Source: a virus (taxonomy: Duplodnaviria > Caudoviricetes). Taken from it: 31,149 nucleotides of DNA. Numbering within the stretch: position 1 is the stretch's first letter; the number at the start of each line of letters is the position of its first letter. The DNA is taken from IMG/VR virus record IMGVR_UViG_3300037467_002027, positions 1 to 31,149 of that record. One strand, 5' to 3'. A program made the translations under genes and the position numbers. Below are positions 17,701 to 25,376 of this stretch, piece after piece. The notes beneath the pieces are model-generated. The model ran no database searches. It was not told the DNA's origin and was given only the letters and a program-made list of their open reading frames with translations.

Positions 17701-18554
17701 TAGATTGGGTCTCCGTAAATTTCTTTTTCCCAGATGTCGGCATGCCACCACTCCTCGGATATTTCCCATTTGTTGGCGGTCATGATTTTAATCGTGATTA
17801 CATTTTTCACCCATTCGCCCGCCGGAAGCTCAAACCTCACGGCGTCAGGAATGGCTTCAGCCGCTTTAAGGGAATCGGTTGTGCGCCGCTTGAAAATGTC
17901 GTTGTAGATTGCGTCGAGATTCGACTTCGCGAAGTTGTTCGCCACAACCCGCGTACGTTTCAGAACGAATTGAGAAAGCGGAAACGCCTTAACCCCGCGC
18001 GCGTAGAGCCGAACGATTCGAGTAATCCAAACCGCAACCGCGTTTTTATCTACGCCAGTCGTCGAAATATGATCGACAAGATTCTGGAACGTCAGGTCAA
18101 ATTCGGTTCCGCCAAGGTCTTTGATTTTGTCAGTGTTCCCAGACAGGTAAACCTCGATGTTTTTGCGAACCCAATTCACGCAATCAATCGCCGTTACCTC
18201 TGGCAAACCGGATGCGATCACACCGTCGTAAATCGCGGTAAACCCATCTCGAACAAACGGCAGTTGCCAAAGTTCCTTTTCGAGTCCATTGACAACTAGT
18301 TCCCAAGTGTCAGAGAGAGGCTGATCGGGTGCTTGGGTCTCATCTGCGCCGTAATAAATAACAATCTCCCAAGGCGCGCCATCGCGACCCGGATTCATTT
18401 CAAACGTGTCGCCAGCCAGAAGCGCGAGTTCCATCGCGCGCTCTATTTGGATTTGGCTGCCAGTGAATGGCCGGCCGATAACCCAACCGGTTCGCCGATT
18501 CCACGACTTGCGATCGTACTCCTGAATGAGGTCTATGCCGCGATATTCGCTCAT
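17700..18554 (-). CDS. Tail protein in the distal-tail position
   Basis: Directly after the tape measure; ATGA coupling. Confidence 0.6.
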   Translation of the reverse strand: MSEYRGIDLIQEYDRKSWNRRTGWVIGRPFTGSQIQIERAMELALLAGDTFEMNPGRDGAPWEIVIYYGADETQAPDQPLSDTWELVVNGLEKELWQLPFVRDGFTAIYDGVIASGLPEVTAIDCVNWVRKNIEVYLSGNTDKIKDLGGTEFDLTFQNLVDHISTTGVDKNAVAVWITRIVRLYARGVKAFPLSQFVLKRTRVVANNFAKSNLDAIYNDIFKRRTTDSLKAAEAIPDAVRFELPAGEWVKNVITIKIMTANKWEISEEWWHADIWEKEIYGDPI

Positions 18555-19708
18555 TCGGCTTCCATTAATGCGCCGCGAAATTCGCGGAGTGCGCGTGTAA
18601 GGTTTTGAACTTCAGCGTCAACCGCGTTGTCGGCGCGCTTCTGGGCGATCTTCGCAAGGATGCGGTTTCCCTCGCGCTGTGCCTCAAGCTGAAGCGAGAA
18701 AACCCTATTTACTTCGCCAACACCACCGCGATACCCGCCGAACTTTGAGAGCGCGTCAGAATCGATCTTGTTTGGCGTCTGGTGTGTTGCTCCAGCCTTC
18801 TGGACATCTCCAGGGGCGGCTTGGTTTCGTTTTTCCTGTTTGGCCTTGCGTTCTTCTTCTTCCGCTTTTTCCTTCGCGCTCTCATTGGCGAGGACTCCAC
18901 GCCCAAGAATGTTTCCGATCAGCTTCGCAATTTCCGTTCCGCCGCCAGCCTTCTCGGCAGCTTTTGCGATTGTTGCCGCTGCGATTAGATCGACCGAATC
19001 CCGAAAGAATTCTCGAATGCTTTTGAATGCGGACGCTGTTCCGATGGCTAAGAACGCCTTCCATTTTTCGGTAAGTATTTCGAGTTCTTTGTGTGCGCGC
19101 TGAAGTTCGTCAGTAACCTCTCGGTTGAGAACCAGCCCGAGCTTTCGGGCTTCTTCCGAAGATTCAATCAATCCATTTCGGAAGGCTGGCAGCAATGAAT
19201 CGCCGATTTTTCCGAATATTTGCGCCACGTCATCTGTTACTTGCGCCGTCGCGGTTGCATTTCCGATTCCCTGAGCAACCTGTTTAAATAGGTCGGTCGG
19301 GTTTTTGGAGCGTAGGTCCGCAAGGGTAACGCCGTATCTAGCAAAGGCGGCTCGCAATTCAGCGTTGCCCTTCAGCGCGTCAATCTGCGCGCGGGATATT
19401 TCCTTTATGCCGCGAACAAGGCCGTCTAAGTCCCCGCCAGCCTCTTTGATTCCAAACTGAAATTCCTGCAACGTTTCAACCGCCATGTTGCTTCGGTCGG
19501 CCAAATTGTTGAGTTGCGCCCCCATCTCAATGACGCTTTTTATTTGCTCCACCCCAAATCGGACGGCCTCCAATGCGATAAACCATTCAACCGCCTTTTT
19601 TACACTGTGGTAAAGATGGTCTATTTGCCCGACTGCGGAATTAACTCCGGCTGTTACGCCGTTGGAATTAACGCCAAGCCGAATTACGAATTGTTCGCTA
19701 GACGCCAT
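18551..19708 (-). CDS. Tape measure protein (short, 385 aa)
   Basis: Ala-rich helical; LNNLADRSNMAVETLQEFQF and QIFGKIGDSLLP are typical TMP motifs. Confidence 0.85.
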   Translation of the reverse strand: MASSEQFVIRLGVNSNGVTAGVNSAVGQIDHLYHSVKKAVEWFIALEAVRFGVEQIKSVIEMGAQLNNLADRSNMAVETLQEFQFGIKEAGGDLDGLVRGIKEISRAQIDALKGNAELRAAFARYGVTLADLRSKNPTDLFKQVAQGIGNATATAQVTDDVAQIFGKIGDSLLPAFRNGLIESSEEARKLGLVLNREVTDELQRAHKELEILTEKWKAFLAIGTASAFKSIREFFRDSVDLIAAATIAKAAEKAGGGTEIAKLIGNILGRGVLANESAKEKAEEEERKAKQEKRNQAAPGDVQKAGATHQTPNKIDSDALSKFGGYRGGVGEVNRVFSLQLEAQREGNRILAKIAQKRADNAVDAEVQNLTRALREFRGALMEAE

Positions 19709-20315
19709 TTGTGGCCTCCTCTTTCAGCGGTGGCGCGTCGTAATAGGCCGGACGCCAGCGAACGAATTTGTCAATTTCTAGGAGGCGATAGCGCGCCATT
19801 GTAACCGCGCGAAGCGGCATGTTTAAAACCTCGGAGCGCGACCACCCGAAATGATGGCATAAATCAAACTGAATCAATGCTTGCGGCGCGTATGTAAGTT
19901 CGGCGGGCCTTCCGTCTGATGTGGCCGGTTGACCATCTGGCGTCTTTTTGCGAAGGATTCCCTTCGGCAAACGCTCCGCTTCTTCGATGTATTGCGAAAA
20001 CGCATCGATGCGGGCGCGAACAAATGTCGGATTTAAAGCCTCACAAAACGCGATTAGGCGAATAAACATTCTCGCCCGGAAAGGAAGTTTCTTGAGAGAT
20101 ATGAACCAATCCGCGTCCTCGTATCGGAGAGAGCAAATAAGCAAAGCGGTAGCCAAATCTCGTCCTCTGATTTCTCCGCCGCATTCAAACGGAGAACCTA
20201 TGCGACGAAGCACGATCTTGTGACCCTCGCAAAAATGATTCAGCGTAATTCCGAATATCGTCCAGACATCCGGTATTTCGGCATCGGCAAAGTCTCTATT
20301 TGGGTCAAACGCCAT
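19698..20315 (-). CDS. Tail assembly chaperone (putative)
   Basis: Between tail tube and TMP; start reassigned to MAFDPN at 20315; HHFGWSRSEVLNMPL motif. Confidence 0.6.
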   Translation of the reverse strand: MAFDPNRDFADAEIPDVWTIFGITLNHFCEGHKIVLRRIGSPFECGGEIRGRDLATALLICSLRYEDADWFISLKKLPFRARMFIRLIAFCEALNPTFVRARIDAFSQYIEEAERLPKGILRKKTPDGQPATSDGRPAELTYAPQALIQFDLCHHFGWSRSEVLNMPLRAVTMARYRLLEIDKFVRWRPAYYDAPPLKEEATNGV

Positions 20316-20316
20316 T

Positions 20317-20805
20317 TTAGGAAACAACGGCAAGAAGGGTTGCGGCAGGGATAAGCGTTCCAGCACTGTCGTACGCTTGATAGCAATCGAACTTCAAAGA
20401 CGCTTCTCCCTCATCCGAAATTTCGCAAGTCACTCCGGTCTCATAGGCGAAATCTCCATTCATCAGGGTATGGGCAGCAGCGATCAGGTTCGCGAAAGTG
20501 ACAACACTCAACTCCTCTGGCGGCATGAATTCCGTTCGGCTTCCCGCCAGTGCGCCAGTTCCATTTGGGTAGCGAACAACCAGTTCCACGGAAAACTTCA
20601 CCCATGTGCGAACCTTGTTGTATCCGCTGGGCTTGCCGTTTCCGTCATTTAATCGTTGGAAAGTAGTTTCTGGCGTCCAACTCGCTTTCAGGAGTTGAAG
20701 TTTGCGCGTCGCAGACGATCCGCCGCGTTGTTTAAAGGTGACTGTCGGGGCAGAACCGGACGTGTCCCAAGTGCCGAAAAGTGATCCAGGGCCGAGTGGT
20801 GTCAT
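20317..20805 (-). CDS. Major tail tube protein (putative)
   Basis: 162 aa, beta-rich, canonical siphovirus position. Confidence 0.55.
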   Translation of the reverse strand: MTPLGPGSLFGTWDTSGSAPTVTFKQRGGSSATRKLQLLKASWTPETTFQRLNDGNGKPSGYNKVRTWVKFSVELVVRYPNGTGALAGSRTEFMPPEELSVVTFANLIAAAHTLMNGDFAYETGVTCEISDEGEASLKFDCYQAYDSAGTLIPAATLLAVVS

Positions 20806-21272
20806 AATGCTAGATTGGTTTCAAAGTCGATCATCCAAAGCTCAACGCCTTCGTCCTCCCCAACTCGCTCCGCAGCGTTGATAAGAATTTGCGAGAACGG
20901 GCGACAAAGATTTCCATCATCGTCTTGAAGGTCCGGGGACCAGCGACGAAGTATTGCAATCGATTCCTGCCAGATAAGCCGACCGGGCTTTCCGGTTCCA
21001 TCGGTTGACTGGTTTTTAGTCTTGTTGACTTCCCACCAAATACCGCCGCGACAAGTAACGCGGTCGCCCTCGGTTTTTTCGATGCGCGGGCCGTGAAGGG
21101 TTCCGACAACGCCAACAAGGTTGAGTCGGGTATTGATTTTTCGGAGAACATCTTCCTCCGTTTCAGAATCGGAATCTGAAGCGTAAAGCGTGGCAGCGGT
21201 TCCGGTGGACAGGTACGAATTTGCTGCGAATCGAGCAATGACTTGATCCCGGAATTGTCCAAAGAGGTCCAT
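20802..21272 (-). CDS. Tail terminator/completion protein (putative)
   Basis: Synteny, size, acidic beta-strand C-terminus. Confidence 0.55.
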   Translation of the reverse strand: MDLFGQFRDQVIARFAANSYLSTGTAATLYASDSDSETEEDVLRKINTRLNLVGVVGTLHGPRIEKTEGDRVTCRGGIWWEVNKTKNQSTDGTGKPGRLIWQESIAILRRWSPDLQDDDGNLCRPFSQILINAAERVGEDEGVELWMIDFETNLAL

Positions 21273-21929
21273 TTATCTCGCATGCAAAGCCTCCACAAAG
21301 GCGGGGCTGATTTTATCGGAAAGGAATTTCTCTATGTCGGCGTTTGCGCGCCGAATGACTTCCTTTAAAATGCCGTACCTCCGCGCAATTTTTTCAAGTC
21401 CGGGAGTGAATCCGGTAATCTGAACAAAATCGTCTTGAACCTCGAAACGGGCCGCCAATCCAAGCGTGTTTGTCCGGTTATCAATCAGCGTTTTTCCGGT
21501 GCTGTTTTTGCGCCAGCGTTTCGCAAGAAATGAAACCCCAAGCACGCCAGAGCCGGAAATTCGGCGAAGGACTTCTTGCGCGACGAGCTTTTGCCAAAGA
21601 GACAGCTTTTTGCCGTTCTTATCGACATCAGGAATCAGCGATGACCATTTGCTTTGCAGGCTGTGCGACCGAACCTTGATGCCTTTGGCGTCCGAAATAA
21701 TCCTGCGGAGTATCCGCATCCAATTTCCTTTTTTGCCACGCTTAAGAAATCGATGTGCCCAAAACAGCTTGAACAGGTCGATTCGCATAGCGTTTCCTTT
21801 ATGGTTCAGGATTTGAAGGACCGTTCGCTTGTGTGGCGCGCCGAGATACGCCTTCAGATTGCGTTGCAAGCGGTCTATATCCGTCATGTCCGCAGTAACG
21901 ATCCCGCCATAAATGAAGCTCTGGCTCAT
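21273..21929 (-). CDS. Basic neck/tail-completion protein (gpZ position)
   Basis: Lys/Arg-rich; ATG at 21929 in ATGA overlap; synteny. Confidence 0.55.
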   Translation of the reverse strand: MSQSFIYGGIVTADMTDIDRLQRNLKAYLGAPHKRTVLQILNHKGNAMRIDLFKLFWAHRFLKRGKKGNWMRILRRIISDAKGIKVRSHSLQSKWSSLIPDVDKNGKKLSLWQKLVAQEVLRRISGSGVLGVSFLAKRWRKNSTGKTLIDNRTNTLGLAARFEVQDDFVQITGFTPGLEKIARRYGILKEVIRRANADIEKFLSDKISPAFVEALHAR

Positions 21930-22243
21930 CGCGTCACCTCGCATTTAAGCTTCAGCGCGTGTCCGATGTGCTTAACGGATTGGGTTCGGTGGGTGCAACC
22001 GAAGGAATCAATTAAATTCGTGCCGCGCTTGGGGATAGTGCCGGTTCCGAGCGGCCATTCTATTTCGCTGCCTTCTTCCGTAGAAACGTTTTTGGTTCCC
22101 TCTGGATCGCTCGATCCTGGAATCCTATTGCAATTCGCCCAAACCTTCTCGCCGGTTTCCTCCACGGTGAATAGCTCAGATTGTGGCGATTGGGTGGCCA
22201 ATACCGAAGCCCCGCGCGCGATCATTTGTTGAGCGAAATTCAT
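21926..22243 (-). CDS. Head-tail joining protein (gpFII-like)
   Basis: 105 aa, beta-rich with a PKRGT motif; synteny. Confidence 0.55.
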   Translation of the reverse strand: MNFAQQMIARGASVLATQSPQSELFTVEETGEKVWANCNRIPGSSDPEGTKNVSTEEGSEIEWPLGTGTIPKRGTNLIDSFGCTHRTQSVKHIGHALKLKCEVTR

Positions 22244-22257
22244 TTTTGGATTTGAGG

Positions 22258-22299
22258 GCGGGGCCGAGGGTGAACCATGAACAGAAACCTCGGCCCCGC
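22258..22299. promoter_or_regulatory. Intergenic GC-rich hairpin after the capsid genes
   Basis: 12-bp perfect stem GCGGGGCCGAGG/CCTCGGCCCCGC with an 18-nt loop. Confidence 0.6.
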
Positions 22300-22327
22300 A
22301 TTGGTGGGCTATGTGTCTTGCATCTAC

Positions 22328-22789
22328 CTATGGAGAAGTCTTGGACGTTACCGCGACATATAGGTTGGTAATGGCGGTAGAGTTTGGATTTGTAACCCCG
22401 GCCAATCGAACATACGGGATCGACCCCGTAGTTTGATTCGAGACGGTTGCAACTTTGTTCGTGCCGTTGGCTGTCACGCTGATCGTGAATGCGCCTGCGC
22501 TCCAAACCGATCCATCTATAGATGTGTCGAACGTGAATACGCACGCGGAAGTTCCGCTTCCGGTAAGCGCAAACGTTGGTTGGAATGCGCTGTAGTTCAG
22601 GGAACGAATCCCGACAACCATGCCGTTCGTCGCGCTCATGGTCGTGTTTGTTGATGTGGCCGCGATGTTCAGCGTGCCGCCAGGAACGCCGATGTATTGC
22701 AGGTTTTGGCTCTGCGCCATTGTTGGCGCGACCAAGGCTAATGCGGCGATTGCAAACACAGCCGCGATAATTCGATGAATGGATTTCAT
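22328..22789 (-). CDS. Putative capsid decoration protein with Sec signal peptide
   Basis: Start reassigned to 22789 (ATGA overlap): MKSIHRIIAAVFAIAALALVAPTMA-Q; jelly-roll-like mature part (FDTSIDGSVW...YVRL). Confidence 0.7.
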   Translation of the reverse strand: MKSIHRIIAAVFAIAALALVAPTMAQSQNLQYIGVPGGTLNIAATSTNTTMSATNGMVVGIRSLNYSAFQPTFALTGSGTSACVFTFDTSIDGSVWSAGAFTISVTANGTNKVATVSNQTTGSIPYVRLAGVTNPNSTAITNLYVAVTSKTSP

Positions 22790-23025
22790 TTCGATTTTGC
22801 TTTCTTTGGTTGCTCCGAAGCCGAAGGCAGTAAGAATCTTTCGGTTCTCACGCCGTCTCGGTCGTGAAGTTGCGCCCATTCGTATTCCGAATTCACATTC
22901 GACAACCGGAACGGCATAAACTTTTTCGCGACTTCTTCAGGCGAATCGCTCGCATCGCTCAGGAAAACAAGTTTTCCGTCGCGGCGACTCGCCCGAATCA
23001 CGGCTAAGGGGCTATTGGGGTCCAT
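22786..23025 (-). CDS. Hypothetical protein downstream of the capsid gene
   Basis: ATG 8 nt after the capsid stop; operon packing. Confidence 0.65.
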   Translation of the reverse strand: MDPNSPLAVIRASRRDGKLVFLSDASDSPEEVAKKFMPFRLSNVNSEYEWAQLHDRDGVRTERFLLPSASEQPKKAKSK

Positions 23026-23033
23026 ACGTTCGA

Positions 23034-24695
23034 TTACGGCGATGTGAGCCGGAACAAGTTTTTCTCGTTGCCCTTACCAGCGGCCCAATTCGCTTCCACG
23101 ATGCGGAAGGCGCGATTCATTTGCGGTTGGCCGAAGTTTTTATACTCCAGCGAAATGCCAAGGTCGGGATCGCTCGCGACCTGGTACTGCAAGCCGGCAA
23201 GCAGTTCTTCTTCGGTGGGGGCAATCGGAGACGCGCCGACAAGAATTGCATCTTCTTGGGCAATGAATCCGACGAGTTTTTCGCCGTTCGTCGGCTGATT
23301 CGGAGAAACTCCGTAGTCGAATCCGAGAAGGCGAACGATTCGGCCATCTTGAACAGCCGCCGAATTTCCGAAGGCGTACGCATTCTTAATCGCGTTATCC
23401 TTCAGGAGCGCAGTATCGTAATCGGAATTGACGATCAACTTGCGACCAACGGCAGGCCAGTTAGCCATGTTCGCGCCATTCCGCAGATCAATGACAGAGT
23501 TACTGTCGAACGCGCCGGGGGCCTTCGGCCAACCCTGAGGAACGCCAGTATCAACGAGCTTCGTAACTCCGTCCGTTGCGAGGACCGTTGCGTTATAGCT
23601 CGCGGCGGTTATGACCGCCAAGAACCCGAGCCACACGTCGTAAATCAACTGATCGACGGCCTTCATAAAGGTTTCGTTCAGCATCAGGAACGGCTGACGG
23701 CGAAGTTCATCAGCGGTAAACCGAATCGCCTTGTAGTAACGCGTGAGCGTCAATGTCCGGTAATCAACGGTTGTATCTCCGGCGACGTAACCATTCGCGG
23801 CATTCCATGTGGTAGAGGTCGCGGTATCGTTCGGAATGAACGGAACCTGAATGTTCGTTGTGCCGCGCAACGGAATCGCGCCAACGTTTCGGTTGAATCC
23901 AAGGAGCGGAAGGATCGCGCGCTTGAACTGAACGATTGCCTGTTGCAGAAGCACGTCGATTTTCAACTGTGAAGGGATCGTGTTCGAGCCTTCGTTCAGG
24001 ATTTTGCAAAGCTTGTCGAGGTGCTTCACAACGAACATCGACTTCGCCTTGATCGTCGCGCCGAGGTCGCGGTCATCGACTTCGCCTTTCGCCATGCGAT
24101 TGATGCCGTTGCCAAGGGTAACGATGTGGCGGCTGATGTCCTCGGACGATTCCGAAACGCACTCAACGCGCAATCCGGTGTTATCGTCGAGAACTTGCGG
24201 CATCGATTGAAGGCGCGCCAAAATCGTTTCGTCGCGCAAACAATCCGCGATCCAAGCGTCCTGTTGGGCCGCTGGAATTCGGCGCTCCTCAACGCACGCT
24301 TTAACCGCCGAAGTGATTCGCGTTTTCTTTTCAGCGGCCAACTGAGCCTTGATCTCGGCGATGGCAGACGCCGAGTCACTTGCTGGCTTTGGTTCGGGTT
24401 GCTTCGCTTTCGCGAGGCATTCCTTCAGCTTCGCCTGAAGCTGTTCGAGCGTGGATTTATCATCCACCTCAACGCCGTGCTCTTTAAGCAGGGCAATAAT
24501 CGTAGCTTTATCCATTTTGTTGTGTAATTGCCCGCCGCCCTGAGCAGCGGAGTTTTGCATTTTTCGGAATGTTTCAGGCACGCGCCTGAAGTTCGAAATA
24601 TCGAAAGAATTTTGGAGGGGTTCGGATTCCGTAACTTCGTCAACGAATCCAAAATCCATCGCCTCGGGGCCGGTAAACCACGTTTCCTTTTCCAT
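23034..24695 (-). CDS. Scaffold plus major capsid protein; begins with the last segment of the ClpP domain
   Basis: N-terminal EKETWFTGPEAMDFGFVDEV is the ClpP C-terminus. A coiled scaffold starts at MDKATII (24515), followed by capsid-like motifs (IQVP, GRKLIVNSDYDTALL, GRIVRLLGFD). Confidence 0.85.
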   Translation of the reverse strand: MEKETWFTGPEAMDFGFVDEVTESEPLQNSFDISNFRRVPETFRKMQNSAAQGGGQLHNKMDKATIIALLKEHGVEVDDKSTLEQLQAKLKECLAKAKQPEPKPASDSASAIAEIKAQLAAEKKTRITSAVKACVEERRIPAAQQDAWIADCLRDETILARLQSMPQVLDDNTGLRVECVSESSEDISRHIVTLGNGINRMAKGEVDDRDLGATIKAKSMFVVKHLDKLCKILNEGSNTIPSQLKIDVLLQQAIVQFKRAILPLLGFNRNVGAIPLRGTTNIQVPFIPNDTATSTTWNAANGYVAGDTTVDYRTLTLTRYYKAIRFTADELRRQPFLMLNETFMKAVDQLIYDVWLGFLAVITAASYNATVLATDGVTKLVDTGVPQGWPKAPGAFDSNSVIDLRNGANMANWPAVGRKLIVNSDYDTALLKDNAIKNAYAFGNSAAVQDGRIVRLLGFDYGVSPNQPTNGEKLVGFIAQEDAILVGASPIAPTEEELLAGLQYQVASDPDLGISLEYKNFGQPQMNRAFRIVEANWAAGKGNEKNLFRLTSP

Positions 24696-24704
24696 TGCGG
24701 CGAT

Positions 24705-25376
24705 CTATTCCGCCTCTGATTTTCCGCTCCGTTGTGCGTAAACCGAAATGATGTTTTTTTCGGCGTTCTCCAGGGCGGACTTTGCCTTGTCCATGTCGCG
24801 CTTCGTTCCCGAGGCAACGGTAGAAGCCTCGTGAATCATCGTGCCAGACGCTTTAGCGGCGTGGATTTTTCCCCCATTGACCGCCGAAAGCAAAATCACG
24901 GAAGCGATTGAACAGGCCCAGCCGTCGTTAAACGTGTCAACGCGCCCCTTCCACCGAAGCAAGGCGTTGTGAATCGCGAGGCCATCAAATACGTTTCCGC
25001 CAGGGGAATTGATTCTAACGTGAAGGGTGTTCGTTGGCGGGATTTCTCCAAGGGCCTTTACGAAATCTTCGGCGTTCGTTCCCTGCCCATACCAATCTTC
25101 TCCGATTTGGTTGTAAATCAGGATTTCGGAAACGTCTGGCGCGCCACCGTTGCGAACCGTAAACCACGGCTTACCGCCGCCATTTACTGGCCCGTTGACA
25201 ATGCGCGGTTCAAAATTTCGAGGACGAAGAACGCCGCCGAGTTCGTCGCGTGTTTGAGGTGCATTCGCGCGTCTCTTGTCCCCGGAAATGGTTGCAACGA
25301 CAGGAGTCAAACCTGCGGAGTCGGGCTTATGAGGCGCGATTGAATTCGATTCTCGTTGCTGTGAAAGTGTGCTCAT
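24705..25376 (-). CDS. ClpP-like prohead maturation protease, interrupted by an in-frame TAG
   Basis: VRINSPGGNVFDGLAIHNAL, GWACSIASVI (Ser), MIHEAS (His); ATG at 25376 overlaps the portal TGA; same frame as the capsid ORF. Confidence 0.9.
   Translation of the reverse strand: MSTLSQQRESNSIAPHKPDSAGLTPVVATISGDKRRANAPQTRDELGGVLRPRNFEPRIVNGPVNGGGKPWFTVRNGGAPDVSEILIYNQIGEDWYGQGTNAEDFVKALGEIPPTNTLHVRINSPGGNVFDGLAIHNALLRWKGRVDTFNDGWACSIASVILLSAVNGGKIHAAKASGTMIHEASTVASGTKRDMDKAKSALENAEKNIISVYAQRSGKSEAE
25289..25360 (-). tRNA. Degenerate tRNA-Met(CAT)-like element with encoded CCA
   Basis: AGCAACG-A-GAAT(CGA)ATTC-AAT-CGCGC(CTCATAA)GCCCG-ACTCC-GCAGG(TTTGACT)CCTGT-CGTTGCA-ACCA. Acceptor, anticodon and T arms are present; the D arm is truncated. 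Confidence 0.6.

Noticed and set aside
19698-20315. Lambda G/GT-type programmed frameshift in the tail chaperone
   Set aside because: A single ORF spans tube to TMP, and the only candidate noticed (C AAA AAG near 19945) is not a canonical slippery heptamer.
25289-25360. tRNA-like element as an amber suppressor for the nearby TAG
   Set aside because: The anticodon loop is CT-CAT-AA (CAT), not CTA.
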